Assembly: GCA_903906305.1 (NCBI GenBank)
Contig: CAIVJR010000009.1
Location: 36,687-100,686 of the forward strand
From: an uncultured bacterium
Lineage (GTDB): Bacteria > Patescibacteriota > Dojkabacteria > SC72
Direction of reading: 5' to 3'
Length of the DNA stretch: 64,000 nt
Both the position numbers and the translations under genes were made by a program. Below the pieces are notes generated by a model that did not search any database, had not been told where the DNA came from, and was given only the letters and a program-made list of their open reading frames with translations. Every line of letters starts with the position of its first letter. The stretch's first letter is position 1. This document shows, piece by piece, positions 55,688 through 64,000 of this stretch.

Positions 55688-56783
55688 TATCCTGAGGTTT
55701 AATATTCTCCAATATGAAATCAAAGAACGGGTTGTGCATTAAATTCGAATCAAGTACATATACAATGTTGTTGTAGCTGTCTGAGATGACTGCAACTTCA
55801 CGATCTTCTGAATTTGTACTGATTGTACCTCTAAGCCCTGCACCAAGGTTAGTAGAGATTACATAGGTATTGATTACTCCCCACCTGTCTTCTGAAGATA
55901 CATTTAGAGAGGTTACATAGTCATTGAGTGCATAGTCCAATGCTCTTGTTCCTGCTTTGTCTATAGGCACAAGATTTAGCTTTTCATCGGTTCCTATCTT
56001 TGTTAGGGAGAGTTGTTGTAGCGTACTGTCATATGATGATGATTTGTAAGCTATGATATATTCTTTGGGTACTTGTAGAACCCAAGGGAAATCAGGTAAG
56101 AGATCTTGTGATTCGTCATCGGTAAGCAAAAGCTCCATATCATTTTGTTGTTTTACTCGTTCAGACAATCCATTCTGTGCTTCTGTTGTGGTTATGGTTT
56201 CGTACCATATATCACTGTATTTAGAATATATTCTTAATCCAACGTTATCCTTTGCCCAATATTGGCCATATTCTTTGTCTGGTGCTTCCATAGCTACCAT
56301 TTGTACGAACTGCCACCCTAATGTGGGGAGTTGCTCGATGTAGAATTCAAAGGCATCATCAATATGGGTATTGTTAGGGAGTCGGTATGCGGAGTTCCCA
56401 TTGCTTAGGAAATTTTTAACTGAGTCTTGATTGGTACTGGCTTGGAATATGAAGACCGAATTGGGGTATGCAGGTATGTGTTCTAAGCCGGTGACATATG
56501 TTAATTCTTGATTTGTCTCTTTGTTTCTAAGATTGTTTATGAACATTACTGCAAAGTATCCTACGACTAAGAGTAAGCATCCAAGGAAGAAATATATGGA
56601 GAATTTGGGAATGGAGATAGGGGTTCTTCGTTTTCCTCTGTTGTTGCTATGTGATGCCTGTTTTATTTTGTTAAATATATTTGGTTTTGATGTTCTTATG
56701 GGTTTCGTCACTGATGTTTTTTTAGGCATGTAAACTCGAGCATCTTTCCTAAAGGTTGTTTTTCGGGGCTTTCTCAGATTCAT
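55674..56783 (-). CDS. Membrane-anchored hypothetical protein (the track ORF starts at 56894 inside tRNA-Gln; trimmed to Met38 at 56783)
   Basis: Basic N-terminus, single TM IYFFLGCLLLVVGYFAVMFI, large extracytoplasmic domain. Confidence 0.4.
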   Translation of the reverse strand: MNLRKPRKTTFRKDARVYMPKKTSVTKPIRTSKPNIFNKIKQASHSNNRGKRRTPISIPKFSIYFFLGCLLLVVGYFAVMFINNLRNKETNQELTYVTGLEHIPAYPNSVFIFQASTNQDSVKNFLSNGNSAYRLPNNTHIDDAFEFYIEQLPTLGWQFVQMVAMEAPDKEYGQYWAKDNVGLRIYSKYSDIWYETITTTEAQNGLSERVKQQNDMELLLTDDESQDLLPDFPWVLQVPKEYIIAYKSSSYDSTLQQLSLTKIGTDEKLNLVPIDKAGTRALDYALNDYVTSLNVSSEDRWGVINTYVISTNLGAGLRGTISTNSEDREVAVISDSYNNIVYVLDSNLMHNPFFDFILENIKPQDTKKF

Positions 56784-56852
56784 AGCTTTTATTATATATG
56801 GTTTGGGAGTTACAAGTATAGATATTTTTGTAGTATAATCTGCGAGATTTAA

Positions 56853-56923
56853 TGCGGGATCGTCTAATGGTAGGACATTGGCCTTTGAAGCCAAGTATCA
56901 TAGTTCGAATCTATGTCCCGCAA
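56853..56923 (+). tRNA. tRNA-Gln(TTG) with a U1-A72 pair, CCA not encoded
   Basis: TGCGGGATCGTCTAATGGTAGGACATTGGCCTTTGAAGCCAAGTATCATAGTTCGAATCTATGTCCCGCAA; anticodon loop CTTTGAA. Confidence 0.7.
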
Positions 56924-56945
56924 TATTATTTTTAATTCAAAAATA

Positions 56946-57314
56946 ATGAATCAAGATAATCCTTCTGAAATATCCAATGAAAAAACAGAAGGTTTTACTG
57001 GGCTTTCCCCTGAAGATCATGGATTATTAGATTCTTGTCCTGAAGATGAAACTGTCGTGAATTTACCTCCAGAGGAGCGTTGGGAACAAAGCGTGAAGTT
57101 ATCAGTGGAATTTGCGGAAAGTCTGCGCGAAAAATATAAAAATGATCCCTTGGCATTGGAAGAAATTGATATGTATGATGTGAGTACGGAATATCACGAA
57201 AAACATGCCCAATATGTATCGGCATTAAAATCTGGAGATACAAAACAACAGGAGGAATTACGACTTTGGTTTAGAGAACATTACCCATTAACAACGGAAA
57301 GAGACAAGGTTTAG
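56946..57314 (+). CDS. Hypothetical acidic protein (the track ORF from 56913 overlaps tRNA-Gln; trimmed to Met12)
   Basis: ORF only. Confidence 0.3.
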   Translation: MNQDNPSEISNEKTEGFTGLSPEDHGLLDSCPEDETVVNLPPEERWEQSVKLSVEFAESLREKYKNDPLALEEIDMYDVSTEYHEKHAQYVSALKSGDTKQQEELRLWFREHYPLTTERDKV

Positions 57315-57317
57315 TTA

Positions 57318-58250
57318 CTATCTATAAAATAAATACAATATCAACACCATATATGATATTAATATAAACAAACCCTCTTTCTTACTTATATAGAATTTCT
57401 TTCCTATTAATGCAGCTACAACCAATGCCAAGTTATACAAAACCAATATTACCAACTCATAAATATAATCATTAAAAGGAAGAGTAGTAACAAAAGAAGA
57501 AATACCAATAATAAAGAACAAATTAAAGAAATTAGAACCAATAATATTACCCAAACTTAAAGCATCCTTACCCTTCTTAAGCGCAACAACTGAAACAATT
57601 AGCTCCGGTAGAGAAGCACCAATAGCCAATATCGTAAAACCTGTAAAGCCTTCTGAAATATGTAATAACCCAGATAAATCAATAGCTGAATCTACTGCAA
57701 ATTTACCACCAGCAGTGATTAATCCAAGACTTAAAATAATTAACAAAGGATGAATTTTAGTATGACTTGGAGCGCTATCCATAGCCTTTTTCTTCTCTCT
57801 AAAATATACAAGTATGAAGTACGCTGCGAATATGATTAATAGAACTATTCCAGCAATCCAGTTGATCTGACCGTTAGTGAAGTAGAGTATAACGAGGAAT
57901 ATCACGACACTAAGTACTGAAAGAGGAATATCAAATTTAAGGTTAGCTTTATTAATCTTTATAGCACCAAAGAGGGCTGTAATTGCAAGTATAAATCCAA
58001 TATTAGCAATACAACTACCAATTATATTACTTGTAGAAACCGCAACATTACCCTGAGAAGCAGCTACAAAGCTAATTATAAATTCTGGTAGGGAAGTCCC
58101 AAACGCAACAATGGTTATACCAATCAAAAACTCAGGGATGTGATACTTTCTTGCAAGTGCAGAAGATTGATTGATAAATAATTCAGCACCTTGTACTAAG
58201 GCATAGATGCTAACTGCTAATATCGCGATACTAAGAATATATGACCACAT
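57318..58250 (-). CDS. Ca2+/cation antiporter, CaCA (YrbG-like) family
   Basis: Two alpha-repeat motifs GTSLPEF and GASLPEL. Confidence 0.8.
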   Translation of the reverse strand: MWSYILSIAILAVSIYALVQGAELFINQSSALARKYHIPEFLIGITIVAFGTSLPEFIISFVAASQGNVAVSTSNIIGSCIANIGFILAITALFGAIKINKANLKFDIPLSVLSVVIFLVILYFTNGQINWIAGIVLLIIFAAYFILVYFREKKKAMDSAPSHTKIHPLLIILSLGLITAGGKFAVDSAIDLSGLLHISEGFTGFTILAIGASLPELIVSVVALKKGKDALSLGNIIGSNFFNLFFIIGISSFVTTLPFNDYIYELVILVLYNLALVVAALIGKKFYISKKEGLFILISYMVLILYLFYR

Positions 58251-58251
58251 A

Positions 58252-59052
58252 TTACAGTCGTCTTAATTTATCGATGTTTGTTTTTACAGCCTCTTCTCCA
58301 ATCTTAATTAATTCAGTAGGGTCCTTTCCAAATGCTGTAAATTGGGTACTTGGATCGATGGCAAGATTCAGCTGCACATCAGCATTTTTCATATTAGACA
58401 TAGAGTTGTTGTAAAGGGAAATATCTATCATTGAGCTGATAACATCAATAAACGAAAGCTTATCAAAGTCTAACTTCTTAGGGAACATATTTGAGTATAG
58501 GTTTACACCTATTGTCCTTTGAGCTCCCATTGCTTTAACAACATCGATAGGTACTGGATCCGAGAATCCACCATCTACAAGAATATGCTCTTGATATTTT
58601 ACAGGTTTGAATATCAGCGGTATCGATATGCTTGCCCTTATGGCGTCTCTTAAGTTTCCCTCCTTAAAAACAACAATACTACCATCTACAATACTTGTAG
58701 CCACCGCTGCAAACGGAATCAAAGTATCTTGGATAAGGGTATCCTTCGGAATATATAGGTCTAGAATATCAAGTACTTTCTCACCCTTAAAAAGACTTGA
58801 TTTAAGTGACGGGTCAGAAAGGGCATTAAGAATATCCTTGTATCCTTTTGAATATGCTAATTCTTCAACCACTTTTATATCTTTTGTAAGAGCGTACAGG
58901 CCTCCAACAATTGAACCGATACTTGAACCAGATATATAGTCTATGGCTATGTTATTTTTCTCTAATTCTTTGATAACTCCGATATGTGCTAAGCCCATTG
59001 CTGCACCAGATCCCAATGCCAATCCAATTTTTCTTCTGAACAGTTTAAACAT
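58252..59052 (-). CDS. Patatin-like phospholipase
   Basis: GSGAAMG (oxyanion hole), GSSIGS (GxSxG), DGG. Confidence 0.8.
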   Translation of the reverse strand: MFKLFRRKIGLALGSGAAMGLAHIGVIKELEKNNIAIDYISGSSIGSIVGGLYALTKDIKVVEELAYSKGYKDILNALSDPSLKSSLFKGEKVLDILDLYIPKDTLIQDTLIPFAAVATSIVDGSIVVFKEGNLRDAIRASISIPLIFKPVKYQEHILVDGGFSDPVPIDVVKAMGAQRTIGVNLYSNMFPKKLDFDKLSFIDVISSMIDISLYNNSMSNMKNADVQLNLAIDPSTQFTAFGKDPTELIKIGEEAVKTNIDKLRRL

Positions 59053-59056
59053 GTTT

Positions 59057-61027
59057 TTAGTTATTGATATTAGATTGTATTTCTTTTATTTGATCTCTTA
59101 GTTCTGCAGCTTTCTCAAATTGCATACTATCAGCAGCAAGTAACATCTTAGCTTCTAATTTCTTTATTAACAATCGCTTCTGTTTTTGGTCTAATTTCTC
59201 AACATATTCATCATCAACATTTATTTCTTCTTCTTTCTCTACCAATGACCCTCTTATTTCTTTAATAATTGAGGTAGGGGTTATTCTATTTTCTTCGTTA
59301 TATTTCTTTTGGTAGTCTCTTCTTCTGTTGGTCTCAGAAATAGCATATTTCATGCTATCTGTCATATTATCTGCATACATTATAACTCGGCCTTGTACAT
59401 GCCTTGCAGCTCTTCCAATGGTCTGTACCAGACTGGTCTTAGATCTAAGGAACCCTTCTTTATCTGCATCCAAGATTATCACTAACGATACTTCTGGTAA
59501 ATCAATTCCTTCTCTCAGTAGATTAATGCCTACAATGACATCATATTTCCCTAATCGTAACTCTCTTAATATTTCAACTCTTTCAACAGTATCAATATCT
59601 GAATGTAGATATTGAACTTTAATACCAGAATCTTTAAGGTAATCTGTTAGATCTTCTGCCATGCGCTTCGTCAATGTTGTAACTAACACTCTTTGTCCAT
59701 TTGCGACATTCTTGTTTATCTCGGTTATTACATCATCAATCTGTCCTTCTGTCTTTCTAATTTCTATCTCAGGGTCTACCAAACCTGTTGGTCTTGTAAG
59801 CAGTTCTACAACACTCTTGTTGCTATCTTGCAGTTCATACTCCGAAGGTGTTGCAGATATATATACTGTAGTACCTTGTTTCTTAACAAATTCATTGAAG
59901 TTTAGTGGCCTGTTATCTCTCGCACTTGGCAATCTAAACCCATATTCAATCAAATTATCTTTTCTTGCTCTATCTCCATTGTACATACCACCAACTTGAG
60001 GGATTGTAATGTGAGATTCATCAATGAACAGGAGGTAGTCATCAGAGAAATAATCGAGAAGTGTATATGGAGGCTCACCAGTTTTTCTTCCATCAAAATA
60101 TATTGAATAGTTCTCCATACTTTTACAATATCCAACTTCTTGGAGCATTTCGATATCATAGTTGGTCTTTTGCTCTAATCTGTATGCTTCGATATCTTTG
60201 CCAATATTTTTTAAGAAAGCTACACGTTGCATGAGGTCTCGTTGGATGTTACCAACAGCCGATTTTATAACGTCATCAGAATATACCAATGATGTCGCAG
60301 GAAATATTAAGATTTCATTCATCTCCTGTATTTTGTGCTTGGATATTGGGTCTACCTTGAATATGTTTTCAATCGTATCTCCAAACATCTCAATCCTGAT
60401 GGAATATTCCTCATATGGTGGGAATATCTCTACAGTATCACCATTAATTCTAAATACTCCTGTATCAAAATCATATGTATCTCGAACATATCTCATCGTG
60501 ACTAATTCTCTAGCTAAAGCTGTTAGATTGAACTCGTGTCCTTTTCTTAATTCCAATGACTTGTTTTCATAGTTTGCTGGGTCTCCAATATTGTAGATAC
60601 ACGAAACTGAAGCTACTACGATAGTGTCTTTCCTTGTTAAAGCTGAATTCATCGCTCCAAATCTAAGATTCTCAATTGCCTTGTTTACTTGTGATTCTTT
60701 TTCAATGTAAAGATCCTTTGCAGGAAGATATGCCTCAGGTTGGTAGTAATCGTAGTATGAGACAAAATATTTTACAGAATTTTCAGGGAAGTATTCTTTG
60801 AACTCTTCATACAACTGCGCCGCAAGAGTTTTGTTGTGTGAAAGAATCAATGTTGGTCTGTCTAATTTCTGTATTACATTGGCCATGACAAATGTTTTTC
60901 CAGAACCGGTTACACCAAGCAATGTCTGCCTTTGTTTTCCATTACCAATATTTTCTAACAGTTCATTTGTAGCCTGTTGTTGGTCAGGAGAAATGACATA
61001 TGGTGCTTGTAATTTGAATGAATCCAT
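59057..61027 (-). CDS. uvrB: Excinuclease ABC subunit B
   Basis: GVTGSGKTF Walker A, DESH box, C-terminal UVR domain (MQFEKAAELRDQI). Confidence 0.95.
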   Translation of the reverse strand: MDSFKLQAPYVISPDQQQATNELLENIGNGKQRQTLLGVTGSGKTFVMANVIQKLDRPTLILSHNKTLAAQLYEEFKEYFPENSVKYFVSYYDYYQPEAYLPAKDLYIEKESQVNKAIENLRFGAMNSALTRKDTIVVASVSCIYNIGDPANYENKSLELRKGHEFNLTALARELVTMRYVRDTYDFDTGVFRINGDTVEIFPPYEEYSIRIEMFGDTIENIFKVDPISKHKIQEMNEILIFPATSLVYSDDVIKSAVGNIQRDLMQRVAFLKNIGKDIEAYRLEQKTNYDIEMLQEVGYCKSMENYSIYFDGRKTGEPPYTLLDYFSDDYLLFIDESHITIPQVGGMYNGDRARKDNLIEYGFRLPSARDNRPLNFNEFVKKQGTTVYISATPSEYELQDSNKSVVELLTRPTGLVDPEIEIRKTEGQIDDVITEINKNVANGQRVLVTTLTKRMAEDLTDYLKDSGIKVQYLHSDIDTVERVEILRELRLGKYDVIVGINLLREGIDLPEVSLVIILDADKEGFLRSKTSLVQTIGRAARHVQGRVIMYADNMTDSMKYAISETNRRRDYQKKYNEENRITPTSIIKEIRGSLVEKEEEINVDDEYVEKLDQKQKRLLIKKLEAKMLLAADSMQFEKAAELRDQIKEIQSNINN

Positions 61028-61071
61028 TTGATGATTTTAGCAGATATGGGTTTGTGTTAAAATACATACAT

Positions 61072-62925
61072 ATGGAAAGACCAAAACTAAACAGATTAAC
61101 AGCAGAGGTAGTGAATCAAATTGCAGCAGGTGAGGTTATTGAGCGTCCAGCTTCAGTTGTAAAAGAATTACTAGACAACGCTATCGATGCTAAGGCTGGT
61201 AAAATTACAATACGAATCAATGGTGGTGGTATGAAGATGATTGAGATTAGTGATGATGGTATTGGCATTCCAAAGGAAAATTTAGATGATATCTTTGATG
61301 CACACACAACTTCAAAATTAAGAAGCATCGAGGATCTAAATACTTTAATGAGCATGGGATTTAGAGGTGAGGCACTTTCTACAATAACCTCAATTGCTAA
61401 AGTTACGGTTGTTTCTAAATTTGAAGAAGATCAAATTGGATATGAGATCGGTTTCAGTGAGAATGGTAAATCTGAAATTAAAAAGAGTGCGAGAGAGAAG
61501 GGTACTTCTGTAAAAGTTGAAGATCTGTTCTACAATATTCCTGCTAGAAGAAAATATCTTAAATCTGAACAAACGGAATACAGAAAGATATATGAATTGT
61601 TGGCTAAATATTTTTTAGTGTATCCAAATATCCATTTTGTACTTGAAAAAGATGGAAAGAAAGTATTGAATTTACCTGAGGTTAAAGATGCAGAACAGGG
61701 TACTGTGCAATTGGAAAGAGTTAAGGATATATTTCCAGACAATACAGGGTTAGCAATTTTCTATGATGGCTCGGGTATCTCCATGAATGGCTATACGGCT
61801 CACCCTTCCTTGCATGGACCTAGGGTTATGAAGCAGTATGTTTTTATAAACGGACGCCCAATTACTGAACGTGGGATTGTTAGAGCTGTATATGAAGGCT
61901 ATTCTAGATATCTTCCCTTTGGTGAGAAGATTCCTTTTGTTTTAAATATTACAATTAGGCCAGATTTGGTTGATGTTAATGTACATCCAAGAAAAGAAGA
62001 AGTTAGGTTTGAGAATGCATTTAGGGTATATTCTGCAGTTCAAGAAGCGGTACAGCATACTTTAGAAAAAGCATTATCATACAATTCAAAAACATCAGAT
62101 GTAGGTGTTAATGAAACACCAAGTAGCAGTCAAAATAGCTTTGCAGATATGAGGAATAGGTTTGGAAATAGAGGAAATACACCTAGTAGCAATAGATCAT
62201 ATATGGATGGTGGAAGTGGGGATATCTCTTTTAACAACAAAGCTTCTTCTGTCAGAGATAGCCTACTCTTCTCAAAACAAGCTATGGAACAGAGTCCTAT
62301 GAATTTTGATTTCAAAAATGAAGAAAATATTATCTTTTCTAATGAAAATACAACATTTACGAATATATTTCAGATATTTGATAAATATATTGTGATTGAA
62401 TTCCCTGACGAACGTCTTTGGGTCATTGATCAACATGCAGCTGCAGAGCGTATCAATTTTGAAAGAATATCGAAGAATGAAAAAGACAAACAGAATATCC
62501 AAACGCTTTTAGTCCCGCAACAACTTACATTTACACAAGAAGAAAAGTTATTCCTAGAAGAATATATACAATTCTTCAAAAATTTAGGATTTGATTATGA
62601 AATTACTGTGAATGGAATTGATTTATATACTACTCCTGTTGAATTTACATTCGATATTGAAAAAATGTTTAGGGAGTTGTTTGAATTAGCTGATAACCCA
62701 GGTATACTTAAACAGAACTTTGAAAAATTAAGACATGATATATTAGCAACAATTGCTTGTCATACAAGTGTAAGGTCTGGGAAGAAGTTAGACAGAAGTG
62801 AGATGATAAGTATATTTAATGAGCTTTTAAAGTGTCAGAACCCGTACAGTTGTCCTCATGGGAGACCTGCAATATGGAAATTGACATTAGATTTAATTGA
62901 TAAAAATTTTGAAAGGACATACTAA
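61072..62925 (+). CDS. mutL: DNA mismatch repair protein MutL (the track ORF from 61018 is trimmed to Met19)
   Basis: GHKL ATPase N-terminus (AAGEVIERPASVVKELLDNAIDA, GFRGEAL) and C-terminal dimerisation domain. Confidence 0.9.
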   Translation: MERPKLNRLTAEVVNQIAAGEVIERPASVVKELLDNAIDAKAGKITIRINGGGMKMIEISDDGIGIPKENLDDIFDAHTTSKLRSIEDLNTLMSMGFRGEALSTITSIAKVTVVSKFEEDQIGYEIGFSENGKSEIKKSAREKGTSVKVEDLFYNIPARRKYLKSEQTEYRKIYELLAKYFLVYPNIHFVLEKDGKKVLNLPEVKDAEQGTVQLERVKDIFPDNTGLAIFYDGSGISMNGYTAHPSLHGPRVMKQYVFINGRPITERGIVRAVYEGYSRYLPFGEKIPFVLNITIRPDLVDVNVHPRKEEVRFENAFRVYSAVQEAVQHTLEKALSYNSKTSDVGVNETPSSSQNSFADMRNRFGNRGNTPSSNRSYMDGGSGDISFNNKASSVRDSLLFSKQAMEQSPMNFDFKNEENIIFSNENTTFTNIFQIFDKYIVIEFPDERLWVIDQHAAAERINFERISKNEKDKQNIQTLLVPQQLTFTQEEKLFLEEYIQFFKNLGFDYEITVNGIDLYTTPVEFTFDIEKMFRELFELADNPGILKQNFEKLRHDILATIACHTSVRSGKKLDRSEMISIFNELLKCQNPYSCPHGRPAIWKLTLDLIDKNFERTY

Positions 62926-63635
62926 TGAAAACAGGAACACTCTATTTAATACCTACCCCAATTGATAACAGAGAACTTAAAGATATTCTTCTCAAAGAAG
63001 ATATTGAAAAGATTGTCAAACTTAAAAACTTTGTTGTAGAAACACCAAAGAATGCACGTAGAAATTTGGGTAGTTTAGAGATGGAGACTCCAATGCGTGA
63101 GATAAATATGATGGAGCTTAGTGAGCATACAAAGAATAATGGTCTTAGAGAGTTACTAAAACCATTATACGAAGGACAAGATGTTGGTCTCATGTCTGAT
63201 GCAGGTTCCCCAAGTATCGCAGATCCAGGATTTAGACTCGTCATTGAAGCTCAAAATGCAGATATCCTAGTTGTTCCATTTGTTGGTCCTTCATCAATAA
63301 TTCTTGCTTTAATGGGATCCGGATTAAATGGACAAAGTTTTGCGTTTAATGGATATATTCCCAAAGATGTTGAAGAGTTAAGGAAAAGGATTCGACTTTT
63401 TGAGAGTTTAGCCTTGAAGCTAGGTCAAACTCAGATATATATGGATACTCCATACAGAAATCAAAAGTTGTATGAGCATACTGTTTCGGTTTGTAATCCT
63501 AATACGTACTTATGCATTGCTTTAAATGTTGGAGGGGAAGATGGATATATTAAAACAATGAGTATTGCTGATTGGAGGAAGAATGATATTCAACTTCCAA
63601 AACAACCTTGTTTATTTTTAATCAACCGAATTTAA
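62925..63635 (+). CDS. rsmI: 16S rRNA 2'-O-ribose C1402 methyltransferase RsmI-like (tetrapyrrole-methylase fold)
   Basis: GTLYLIPTPIDN and LMSDAGSPSIADPGFRLV parallel the RsmI TLYVVATPIGNL / ISDAGTPLISDPGYRLV motifs. Confidence 0.7.
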   Translation: MKTGTLYLIPTPIDNRELKDILLKEDIEKIVKLKNFVVETPKNARRNLGSLEMETPMREINMMELSEHTKNNGLRELLKPLYEGQDVGLMSDAGSPSIADPGFRLVIEAQNADILVVPFVGPSSIILALMGSGLNGQSFAFNGYIPKDVEELRKRIRLFESLALKLGQTQIYMDTPYRNQKLYEHTVSVCNPNTYLCIALNVGGEDGYIKTMSIADWRKNDIQLPKQPCLFLINRI

Positions 63636-64000
63636 TGCCAACCTTAATCGGTTCCATACCCACAACCCAATCTGATGATTTGGAATTAGCAAAGAGGATA
63701 TTAAGTGGACAAGAAAATATTGTAGATAGTACGGTTAATCTGCAAAAGAAATTAGAGGATATTTTTCAAAACAAAGATGTGTACCTTTTTAACCGAGGAA
63801 GAGAGGCTTTGTATTTTGCATTACAAACCCTAGGAATTGGCTCTGATGATGAAATTATAGTTCAAGCTATGACCTGTGTAGCCGTTGTTACTCCTATCCT
63901 TTGGTTAAAAGCCAAGCCAATATATGTTGATATTAATCAAGAAGATTTCAATATTGATATTACTGATTTAGAAAAGAAAATTACATCAAAAACCAAAGTA
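63635..64000 (+). CDS. DegT/DnrJ/EryC1-family PLP-dependent sugar aminotransferase, N-terminal part (partial; runs off window end)
   Basis: Translation MPTLIGSIPTTQSDDLELAKRIL...FNRGREALYFALQTLGIGSDDEIIVQAMTCVAVVTPILWLKAKPIYVDIN is typical of this family; ATG overlaps the rsmI stop (TAATG). Confidence 0.65.
   Translation, partial: MPTLIGSIPTTQSDDLELAKRILSGQENIVDSTVNLQKKLEDIFQNKDVYLFNRGREALYFALQTLGIGSDDEIIVQAMTCVAVVTPILWLKAKPIYVDINQEDFNIDITDLEKKITSKTKV

Noticed and set aside
1-64000. Alternative genetic code (UGA recoding, as in Gracilibacteria/SR1)
   Set aside because: Long conserved genes (dnaE, uvrB, mutL, ftsZ, the 1710-aa ORF) are uninterrupted under the standard code, RF2 is present, and no tRNA with a UCA anticodon was seen.
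1-64000. CRISPR arrays, rRNA genes, IS elements or transposases, integrases and prophage genes
   Set aside because: No direct-repeat/spacer periodicity, no rRNA-like conserved stretches, and no transposase, integrase or phage structural-protein motifs were seen in any frame.

Overview
Low-GC (about 30-35% by eye), gene-dense bacterial window read with the standard genetic code. Long ORFs such as dnaE (1131 aa) and the 1710-aa surface protein are uninterrupted, and RF2 is present. The gene content and style (small reduced genome, few Shine-Dalgarno sites, giant Ig-repeat surface protein, charged tails on housekeeping proteins) suggest a CPR/Patescibacteria-like organism; that is inference only. 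Most of the window is conserved housekeeping: cell division (ftsX/ftsE, ftsQ-like, ftsA, ftsZ, ftsW), translation (prfB, rplU, rpmA, rplS, gatB-gatC, gatA, nine tRNAs), replication, repair and segregation (dnaE, uvrB, uvrC, mutL, rnhB, parA, parB, HelD-like helicase), and envelope functions (uppP, PAP2, lepB, GT4, DedA x2, lytic transglycosylase-like, YggT). Accessory content worth attention: (1) a compositional island of about 2.3 kb between tRNA-Thr and tRNA-Gly(CCC) carrying a PadR-DUF1048 pair and two Shine-Dalgarno-bearing hypothetical genes plus a bidirectional terminator; (2) a tightly coupled four-gene minus-strand operon (45.1-48.8 kb) encoding a membrane-anchored HEPN (Rx4H) protein, a surface protein with a degenerate transglutaminase-like core, another anchored secreted protein and a cytoplasmic unknown, which converges on a ClbS/DfsB-like + coiled-coil + XRE-HTH operon; (3) a Fic-like protein with a degenerate catalytic motif; (4) two divergent iPGM paralogues; (5) unusual fusions (wHTH-Nudix; HD-like + CAP domain). 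No rRNA, CRISPR array, transposase or integrase was seen. tRNA coordinates were counted by hand and may be off by 1-2 nt.
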